Assembly: GCA_965219995.1 (NCBI GenBank)
Contig: CBDCOX010000002.1
Location: 2,172,918 to 2,236,917 of the forward strand
DNA length: 64,000 bases
Source: Candidatus Latescibacterota bacterium
Lineage (GTDB): Bacteria > Latescibacterota > UBA2968 > GCA-2709665
Direction of reading: 5' to 3'
The position numbers were made by a program, and so were the translations under genes. The notes beneath the pieces were generated by a model that was not told where the DNA came from, ran no database searches, and saw only the letters and a program-made list of their open reading frames with translations. Of the stretch, positions 9,453 to 17,001 are shown piece by piece. Each line of letters begins with the position of its first letter. The first letter of the stretch is position 1.

Positions 9453-10871
9453 ATGCCGGAAGACACCCACAGAACCGACCTGCTCGTAATCGGCGGCGGC
9501 CCCGGCGGCTACGCGGCCGCGTTCAGGTCGGCGGACCTCGGCGTCCCCGTTACCCTGGTGGAGGCCGACGAGCGTCTCGGGGGCACCTGCCTGCTCCGGG
9601 GTTGCATCCCGTCCAAGGCGCTGCTTCACGTCGCGAGTCTGATTTCGGAATCGCGTGAGGCGGCGGCGTGCGGACTGATGTTTGCCGAACCGGAAATCGA
9701 TTTAAACAGGATGCGGTCGTGGAAAGACGGAATTCTCACGAAGCTCTCGCGCGGCCTCGATGCCCTCTGCAAACGCCGCAAGGTCACTCGGATCCGCGGC
9801 CGCGCCGCCTTCGAGTCTTCCAATCGTGTTCAGATTACGGGGAATGACGACGTCTCTCATATTGACTTCGTCCATGCCGTCGTCGCCACGGGATCCCGGC
9901 CGGCGGCGCCTCCGGTCTTCGCCATTGACAGTTCGAAGATCCTGGATTCGGACAAGGCGCTCGAACTGGATGACATTCCGGATCGTCTGCTGGCCGTCGG
10001 CGGCGGCATCATCGGTCTGGAACTGAGCACCGTCTACGCACAACTCGGAAGCCGGGTGACGCTGGTCGAAATCACCGGCGGCCTCCTGCCCGGTGTGGAC
10101 CGGGACCTGGTCAAACCGCTGCAAAAACGCCTCGAAGGCATGTTCGACGGCATCCATTGCAACACTGCCGTGGCCGCCCTGAAAGAAGACGGCAGCGGCG
10201 TAACCGCGAGCTTCGAGGGGGATTGCCGGGACGGGCCACAGACGTTCGACAACATTCTGGTCTCCGCCGGCCGGGTCCCCAACACCGAAAACCTGGGCCT
10301 GGAGCATACCCGGATCGGGCTCTCGGATGCCGGCTTCATTGAGGTCGACGGCCGTATGCGAACGGCCGACAGCCGTATCTTTGCGCTTGGCGACGTGGTG
10401 GACGGCCCCGGTCTGGCCCACAAGGCCGCCCACCAGGGGAAGGTTGCCGCGGAAGTCATCGCGGGGCAACCCGCGGCCTTTGACGCCGTCGTCCCCTCGG
10501 TTGTCTACACGGACCCCGAAATCGCCTGGTGCGGGCTGACCGAAACCCTGGCGCGGGAGCAGGACTGGCCCGTCAAAATCGCCCGCTATCCCTGGGCCGC
10601 TTCGGGCCGGGCCGCCACCCTGGGCCGTACCGAGGGTCTCACGAAACTGATATTCGACCCTGAGACCCGCCGAATCCTGGGGGCGGGAATCGTTGGCCCC
10701 AACGCCGGCGAGCTCATCGCGGAAGCCGTGCTTGGCATCGAGATGGCCGCTGTCGCCGAAGACCTGTCACACACGATCCATCCCCATCCCTCCCTTTCCG
10801 AATCCCTGGGCATCGCAGCTGAAATCCATCTGGGTACCGCAACCGACCTGTATATCCCGAAAAGAAGATAG
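9453..10871 (+). CDS. lpdA: dihydrolipoyl dehydrogenase E3
   Basis: FAD motif VIGGGPGGY, redox disulfide GGTCLLRGCIPSKALL, NAD-binding and dimerisation domains. Confidence 0.9.
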   Translation: MPEDTHRTDLLVIGGGPGGYAAAFRSADLGVPVTLVEADERLGGTCLLRGCIPSKALLHVASLISESREAAACGLMFAEPEIDLNRMRSWKDGILTKLSRGLDALCKRRKVTRIRGRAAFESSNRVQITGNDDVSHIDFVHAVVATGSRPAAPPVFAIDSSKILDSDKALELDDIPDRLLAVGGGIIGLELSTVYAQLGSRVTLVEITGGLLPGVDRDLVKPLQKRLEGMFDGIHCNTAVAALKEDGSGVTASFEGDCRDGPQTFDNILVSAGRVPNTENLGLEHTRIGLSDAGFIEVDGRMRTADSRIFALGDVVDGPGLAHKAAHQGKVAAEVIAGQPAAFDAVVPSVVYTDPEIAWCGLTETLAREQDWPVKIARYPWAASGRAATLGRTEGLTKLIFDPETRRILGAGIVGPNAGELIAEAVLGIEMAAVAEDLSHTIHPHPSLSESLGIAAEIHLGTATDLYIPKRR

Positions 10872-10958
10872 CGTATCCAGGGCGAAGGTCTCCGTCGTCT
10901 GGTGAGCGAATGGCGGGCGAACCCCTGGCGGGCGGCCGTGGGAATTCCTGTCTGGACG

Positions 10959-13900
10959 TCATTTCAGCAGCACCATCTTCCTGACCGCCGTGAACCTGTC
11001 GTCGCCCGCGACAAGCCTGGCACAGTAGATCCCGCTGGACACTTCCCTCCCCGAGTCGTCCCTCCCGTCCCAGGTTGCCTGATAATACCCGGCCTGCCGG
11101 GTACCTTCTGCCAGCACGCGGACCCGCTGTCCGAGAAGATTGTAGACGATCAGCGAGATATCGCCGGTCTGGGGCAGTTGGTAAGCGATCTGGCACTCGA
11201 TATTGAACGGGTTCGGGAAATTCTGATACAGAGCATATTCCCCGGGTTCAGCCGGCGCCTCCCGCAGGAAGCGGCCTCCGATCTTCCATCCCGTCACCTC
11301 TCCCCTGTCCGTCCCGACGACCACGCCGTCCCCGGTTCTCACGATATGGGTTGGCTTCCCCGTCGTCTTTCCCAGACCGGCGACCTTACCGGAGCCGTCC
11401 AGGACGAGGATGCTCCCGTCCTCGGAGCCGGTCACGACAAAGGACGCGTCATTGGCGCGCAGGAACGCAAGCACGGTGGGCGGGCTGTGCAGCCGGCGAG
11501 TCCACACCCGCGCGCACCTCGCATCCAGCGCGACCACGAATCCCTTCGACGTCGCCGCAAGAATCTCCTTCTTCCCGTCCCCGTCCAGATCGCCGATATC
11601 CAGGTCGCGCATGTTCTGCGCGGGTATCCGGTTCCCCGGACCGAAGTTCGCGTTATGGAGGGCGGCGCCTCTTTCGTCCCACACGGTCACCCGGTTCCAC
11701 GTGCCGTTGATCTCGCTGACCACCTCTTTCTGCCCGTCACCGTCCAGGTCTTCGTTGAAGATGTGTTTCCGGCTCATCGAGGCCCATCCGCCGATGTACG
11801 TATGGCCCGCCGGGACCCCGGCGAACCGGCCCCGGGTCACGTGCGTCGACCGACTGTTCACCACGGACAGCGCGTGCGAATCCGTGGGCTGCCGCGCGAT
11901 CAGGAGATCGGCGCCGCCCCTGGGGCTCTCGATGAGTGCGAACCGGGTCCCGGGCCCCCAGAACACCGGCAGCCTCTCCTCCAGTTCTCCCCTTCCGTTC
12001 AGGATCTCCAGCGTACACGCGCTTCCCACGAATGCCTGGCTCTGCCCGTTTCGAAAGATCCCCGTGTGCAATCCGTGGATTCCTTCGTGACCCGGCGCGG
12101 TCTTGAACCAGTAGGTCTTCCCGGCCTGAAAGACCGCCGGATGCATTTCCGACACGAACGTCCACCGCCGTCTTCCCTCCAGGTCGAACGCGATCACCTG
12201 TTCGTCTCTGCACCCGGCGAGCAGCAACTGGAACGCATCCCACCAGCGCAGGACCCGGACCGGACCGTCGGTCCCGAAGAACCGACCCTCCCGGCCGTCC
12301 GAAGTGAGCAGATGCACCCCTTTATCCACACCGACGCCGACCCAGGTCCTGCCTTCCGCATCGAAGGTAATCATGTCCGTGACCGCGCCGCCGATCCCTG
12401 TCTTCAAAAACAATGGCGCGGGCGGGCCGTCCGGCGCGGCTGAGGAAGCGGGAATCCCGGCCTCCCGCCGCCTGGCCGCCCCGGCCTCCGCCAACAGGTC
12501 CCTGAGCCGGTCGACCGTTCGGGAAAGCACATCCGGATCGGGCGCCGCTCCCGTGAATTCATGCCGGCCTTCCGGCACAAGAAAAACGGCGCCGCTATCG
12601 GGATTGGCACGAATCGAGGGCGGAACGCCATTCATCCTGACCGTCGACGGTTCGGCGAACGCCGCGCGGACGCGGGTCTCTTCCAGTGTCGAGAGCACTG
12701 CGGTACCCGAGCGAAAGTCCCAGTCCAGATTCACCGGCGAGGACGCTGAGAACAGGACCGCCTCCAGTCGTGCGGTCTTCAATCCCTTACCGAAGAGATG
12801 ATCGGCGGCCAGCAGTGCGACGTCGCCCCGAATGCCGGAGTATTCGCCGGAAACGGCAATCGCCGGTTCGGGAAGTCCCAGTATCGCCGCCTGCGGATCC
12901 AGCCGCAGGCAGGCGACCGGCGCTCCCGCCGTGCCGTTCCCGGCAATCAGCGAAAAGAACGCGCGCTCCTCACCGGACGACACGGCGCCTGTCCACACCA
13001 GGGATGCCGTTCTGCCGTTGATCGTCATCTCCACGGGGTCCGAGGCACGGATGCCAAACCGGGTTCCGCCGGTCCGGATGTGCGGCGTACCGCCCTCTGA
13101 AGACGAATGCCATCGCCCCGGCGCCGTCCATTCCGTCCGCACCTCGAGGTTCGCGCTATTCACCCGGAATCTCAGTTGGTCAACAAACAACGCATACCTT
13201 CCCACGCGTTGCACGAGGGCGCGGCGCCAATTGCAGAACGGCGCGTCGGGCACTTCGGCGACGGCCACGGCCGTCCGGCCCAGCACGTCCCGATAGCGAA
13301 GCGCCGCGTCCATCGGGCTGTGCGCCTCCACCAGTCCGTCGGCCCCCGTCAGCACCTGATTTCCGTACCCTTCGAGTACGGTCTCCCCGTCCAGGCGGAG
13401 TTCCAAAACCGCAAACGAATGGTATGGGTTTCGGGACGCTCCGTTCAATCCGTCGATCAGGATGAAATCCCCCGTCGCGTCGGTTGTGCTTCGAAAGCTA
13501 CCGAATTGGAACGAGTCCGAAATCGGCAGCCCGCTCGCCCGCCGTATCCACAGCGGCTCCGGCAACCGCAGGATGCTCCACTTTTCAGCAAGATCCGTCG
13601 GCTGGACCGGAACCATGTCGGACCCGGGCCAGAAGGACTGGCCCAGCCGGAACTTTTTCAGATCCACTCCGGTCCGGCGCGCGTATTCCAGGTATCGCCC
13701 GTCGCCCGTGAGATACGCGGCTTTGTGGAGGTACCCGATGGAGGCGTAGCGAAGGGCCCAGTCGGGCTCGCGGCCGGAGATCAGCATCTCCTGCCCGCGC
13801 AGCAGCGTTTCCAGCACGCCGTTCCGCAGCGCGGCCCGGTCCCCCGAAATCAGCATATAGGTGAAGATGGGGGCGATGCCGGTACTGTACCAGTACAGAT

Positions 13901-15074
13901 TGTCGGCTTCGCCAAACACCCACGCGTGATCACGCAACGGTGAAAAATGCCACCCGGCGGCTGCCATCGAATGCTCCCAGAGCGTGTGGGGATACCCATT
14001 CTGAAAATAGCGGCCCAGACAGTAAAGCGAAACCGCCGACCACTGACCGTGGCGTGATCCAACCATGGATGGTGGTACGTCGTAATCCCATACCCCGTTC
14101 TGTACGTTTTCGACGATTCGCCGTCTGGGGCCCTGGTCCTGCGGGTGGGCGAACTGTCTGGAAAAGGCATTGGTCACCCGCAATCGCTCCGCGTCCGTAA
14201 ATACCGGGCTCTCTTCAATCAGGTCCCAGTAGAGAATCATCATATGCGCGTTGTAGTGATACGGACCGCTGAGCGGCTCGTCCTTGTTTTCGATTCGCTC
14301 GCCGTCGATCGCGGCAATCTCCGATCTCGCCTTCGCATCCGGAAACGCCAGCCGGAGAAACTCCCGCGCATGGTGTTCTCTTCCGGTCATGTAGTACATC
14401 GCCATATGCTTGCTGATGCTGTTCCACCCGAAATAACCCACAGACCGGTATCCGGCCGAGGCCTCCCAGGTTTCGAAGTCCTCTAGCGCTTCGGGCACGT
14501 GCGTCCCTTCTCCAAGCCGGATTTCCATAAGCCGGCCGACCGACAGGCCGGTGGCTCCCCCGGAATCGCCGGCCAGCCTTCGAATAAACACGTCCGCCGC
14601 CTGAGCCACGCCGGCTGCATCGCTCCCGCCAACCGCAATCACGTTGCGGCCGTTTCCGAACGGATTGTGGAGCGATCGCACGACGTAGCCGCCAGGACCC
14701 GGGTACCTCAAGTCCAGCAGCGTGTAATACAGGTCGTACAACGCCGCTATGGTGCGATTCGTGGACCTGTTGCCCAGCACGATCAGGTTTTCCATGATTG
14801 GCACCGAACCGGAGGGCGGCCCATCCCCCGCCACAGGTACTTCCACGCCGGTGCGTGAGAGAATAGCGCGCTGGATACGCAGTGCGGCGGCGTCGTGGAT
14901 TCCGCTTGAAGGGGTCACGATGGTCGCGGCCGCCCGCCCGTTCTCGACCAGTCCGGTCGTCAGGTGAAGGTCTTTCAGGCTGCTGTATACGGGTGGAATC
15001 GACGCCGGGTCCGCGTACAGGGGCGCTGCCGCCACAGGAAGGAGCAGAAGAAGGGCTGTCATGCGGGGGGACAT
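10959..15074 (-). CDS. large secreted protein (~1371 aa) with possible polysaccharide-lyase/heparinase II/III-like region, FG-GAP/VCBS repeats and T9SS type-A C-terminal sorting domain
   Basis: Signal peptide MSPRMTALLLLLPVAAAPLYA (ATG 15074 with AAGGA RBS; ORF open to 15191); DLDGDGKKE/DLDGDGQKE FG-GAP-like repeats; C-terminal ...YALYQNFPNPFNIECQIAY...IYCARL... typical Por secretion CTD. Confidence 0.8.
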   Translation of the reverse strand: MSPRMTALLLLLPVAAAPLYADPASIPPVYSSLKDLHLTTGLVENGRAAATIVTPSSGIHDAAALRIQRAILSRTGVEVPVAGDGPPSGSVPIMENLIVLGNRSTNRTIAALYDLYYTLLDLRYPGPGGYVVRSLHNPFGNGRNVIAVGGSDAAGVAQAADVFIRRLAGDSGGATGLSVGRLMEIRLGEGTHVPEALEDFETWEASAGYRSVGYFGWNSISKHMAMYYMTGREHHAREFLRLAFPDAKARSEIAAIDGERIENKDEPLSGPYHYNAHMMILYWDLIEESPVFTDAERLRVTNAFSRQFAHPQDQGPRRRIVENVQNGVWDYDVPPSMVGSRHGQWSAVSLYCLGRYFQNGYPHTLWEHSMAAAGWHFSPLRDHAWVFGEADNLYWYSTGIAPIFTYMLISGDRAALRNGVLETLLRGQEMLISGREPDWALRYASIGYLHKAAYLTGDGRYLEYARRTGVDLKKFRLGQSFWPGSDMVPVQPTDLAEKWSILRLPEPLWIRRASGLPISDSFQFGSFRSTTDATGDFILIDGLNGASRNPYHSFAVLELRLDGETVLEGYGNQVLTGADGLVEAHSPMDAALRYRDVLGRTAVAVAEVPDAPFCNWRRALVQRVGRYALFVDQLRFRVNSANLEVRTEWTAPGRWHSSSEGGTPHIRTGGTRFGIRASDPVEMTINGRTASLVWTGAVSSGEERAFFSLIAGNGTAGAPVACLRLDPQAAILGLPEPAIAVSGEYSGIRGDVALLAADHLFGKGLKTARLEAVLFSASSPVNLDWDFRSGTAVLSTLEETRVRAAFAEPSTVRMNGVPPSIRANPDSGAVFLVPEGRHEFTGAAPDPDVLSRTVDRLRDLLAEAGAARRREAGIPASSAAPDGPPAPLFLKTGIGGAVTDMITFDAEGRTWVGVGVDKGVHLLTSDGREGRFFGTDGPVRVLRWWDAFQLLLAGCRDEQVIAFDLEGRRRWTFVSEMHPAVFQAGKTYWFKTAPGHEGIHGLHTGIFRNGQSQAFVGSACTLEILNGRGELEERLPVFWGPGTRFALIESPRGGADLLIARQPTDSHALSVVNSRSTHVTRGRFAGVPAGHTYIGGWASMSRKHIFNEDLDGDGQKEVVSEINGTWNRVTVWDERGAALHNANFGPGNRIPAQNMRDLDIGDLDGDGKKEILAATSKGFVVALDARCARVWTRRLHSPPTVLAFLRANDASFVVTGSEDGSILVLDGSGKVAGLGKTTGKPTHIVRTGDGVVVGTDRGEVTGWKIGGRFLREAPAEPGEYALYQNFPNPFNIECQIAYQLPQTGDISLIVYNLLGQRVRVLAEGTRQAGYYQATWDGRDDSGREVSSGIYCARLVAGDDRFTAVRKMVLLK

Positions 15075-15227
15075 TTCCACGATCCTTTTTCGCGCGGCGC
15101 GGGGCGGTCGATGAGCCGCGAAAGCGTTAATATACAGGAATATACCCTGTTTGATGCGGAATGTATAGTCGTACCTGTTCAGTAGTCGCATCGACCAGGA
15201 GCGTGAGCGCTCGTTGATATTTTCGCC

Positions 15228-15256
15228 TTGACATTGAATGGTGCTATATGTAGTAT
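15228..15256 (+). promoter_or_regulatory. near-consensus sigma70 promoter TTGACA-N17-TAGTAT driving the PIN/RHH TA pair
   Basis: TTGACA 15228-15233, exact 17-nt spacer, TAGTAT 15251-15256, in low-GC intergenic segment; predicted TSS within a few nt of the CDS start (possibly leaderless). Confidence 0.5.
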
Positions 15257-15262
15257 CATTTT

Positions 15263-15691
15263 GTGGCCTCCATTAATGCCATCCTCGATACGAATGTGCT
15301 CTACGCGGGCCTGTACTCCTCTTATGGCGCCTCGTATCAGGTTTTGCATGCGTTAGAGCAGGGCCGGATCCAAATCGTCCTCTCGACGACCCTGGTCTTC
15401 GAATACGAAGAGGTCTTGAAAAGAGATCAGGAAACACTGAATCTCACAGATATGGAGATAGAGGGCCTGTTGGATGATCTTTGCCTGCGTAGTAATCACC
15501 AGGTCCTTTACTTTCATTGGCGACCTTGTCTATCGGATCCGAAAGACGATCACATTCTGGAATTGGCGGTGGCCTCTGCCACCTCAACGATTATCACCCA
15601 TAATGTCAGGGACTTTAAGCAAGCGACGGCGTTCGGTATTCGAGCGATCACCCCAAGGCAATTATTGGAGGAACTGAAATGGGTGCGTTAA
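15263..15691 (+). CDS. PIN-domain toxin of type II toxin-antitoxin system
   Basis: N-terminal ILDTNVL PIN signature, conserved acidic residues; GTG start at 15263; lower GC than flanks. Confidence 0.75.
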   Translation: MASINAILDTNVLYAGLYSSYGASYQVLHALEQGRIQIVLSTTLVFEYEEVLKRDQETLNLTDMEIEGLLDDLCLRSNHQVLYFHWRPCLSDPKDDHILELAVASATSTIITHNVRDFKQATAFGIRAITPRQLLEELKWVR

Positions 15692-15915
15692 ACCTGCGAT
15701 TGCCCGATTCTATCCATCGTCATATCAAAAAGATCGCCAAACACGAAGGGGTTTCCATCAATCAGTTTATCTCGACCGCGGTATCGGAGAAAGTCTCAGC
15801 GATATTAACCGAGGAGTATTTGTCCGCGAGAGCAGGTCGAGCAAAAGAGGGTGCTCTCAAGAGTATCCTGGATCAGGTGCGCGACCGACCTCCTCTTCCA
15901 GAAGACATGCTCTAA
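15679..15915 (+). CDS. ribbon-helix-helix / HicB-like antitoxin
   Basis: 78 aa, overlaps toxin stop by 13 nt; NLRLPDSIHRHIKKIAKHEGVSINQFISTAV typical RHH antitoxin. Confidence 0.7.
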   Translation: MGALNLRLPDSIHRHIKKIAKHEGVSINQFISTAVSEKVSAILTEEYLSARAGRAKEGALKSILDQVRDRPPLPEDML

Positions 15916-15947
15916 CCTTGCCACACCTCCGGCCGGAAGGAAGTGAA

Positions 15948-16811
15948 ATGCGATACCGTCCGTTCGGCAAGACGGGCGTCCGTGTCAGCGAGGTCAGCCT
16001 GGGCGGCGCGTACATCGGCGGAACCGACCCCGAACGCCAGAGAGTTAACGCGTCCGAGATCGTCCTTCGCGCGAAATCGCTCGGAATCAACTATGTCGAC
16101 ACCGCGCCGCTGTACCGCGGAAGCGAAGCGCTGTTCGGCTGCGCCCTGGAAGCCGCAAAGGCGCGCATGCACGTCGCCACGAAGGTCGGCTTTGACCCCG
16201 AAGACTTCGATTATCGCCGGGACAGCGTACTGCGCAGCCTGGAAAGAAGCCTCGAGCGGCTGCGAATATCGAGGCTCTTCATGGCTCAGATCCACCAGGT
16301 GAGCGAGGCCGGCTGGCAGCGCATCATGGAACCGGGCGGGACCCTCGAGGGGCTGCGCGAGGCACAAAAACGCGGCCTGTGCGACCACATCGGCATAACG
16401 GACAGGGCCATTCCCCTGCTGGCGAAGCTCGCCCGTACAGGCGAATTCGATTCCCTGCTCGTCTTTCTCGATTACCACCCCCTTTCGAAAAAAGCCGTCG
16501 AAGAGGTCATACCGGCCGCCGCCGAAGGCCGGATGGGCGTTGTCGTCGCGACCGTGCTTGCCGGCGGTCTCTTTTCCGATGAACCCCGGCGCATTGCCGC
16601 GCTTGGAAATCTCGGAGACCGCGGGGAGCGTGCCGAAGCCGAACGGATCATCGAGAGACTGCGTGACGAGCCGGGGACCGTACCCCGGAATGCGTTTCGT
16701 TACGTCCTTGCGGACGCGAGGGTCAGCACGGTCTCGAGCGGTGCGACAACGGCGGACGAGTTGGAAGACGTAGCGCGCGCATCGGACATGGAACCGCTTG
16801 CGTGGCGATGA
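15948..16811 (+). CDS. aldo/keto reductase family oxidoreductase
   Basis: MRYRPFGKTGVRVSEVSLGG...INYVDTAPLYRGSE AKR signature; GGAAG RBS before ATG 15948. Confidence 0.85.
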   Translation: MRYRPFGKTGVRVSEVSLGGAYIGGTDPERQRVNASEIVLRAKSLGINYVDTAPLYRGSEALFGCALEAAKARMHVATKVGFDPEDFDYRRDSVLRSLERSLERLRISRLFMAQIHQVSEAGWQRIMEPGGTLEGLREAQKRGLCDHIGITDRAIPLLAKLARTGEFDSLLVFLDYHPLSKKAVEEVIPAAAEGRMGVVVATVLAGGLFSDEPRRIAALGNLGDRGERAEAERIIERLRDEPGTVPRNAFRYVLADARVSTVSSGATTADELEDVARASDMEPLAWR

Positions 16812-17001
16812 GGCCTGCGCGGCGACACAGCTCGACCCGCCTACTGGTCTTGAAGGGAACCATTTTCGGAAAATCCGTGTCTTTCATGGGTGCGTGAGTC
16901 CATCCATGTCAGAGCCCGTGGTGTCCCGTTGAAATCGATGGCCGGAATCGATCCGGCCGCGGAACGGCGAACACCGGCGTTACCGTGCGAAGGAATTGAA
17001 G

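Noticed and set aside
15075-15191. N-terminal 39-aa extension of the giant T9SS protein ORF
   Set aside because: The extension precedes a canonical signal peptide that has its own AAGGA RBS and ATG at 15074. It would bury the signal sequence.
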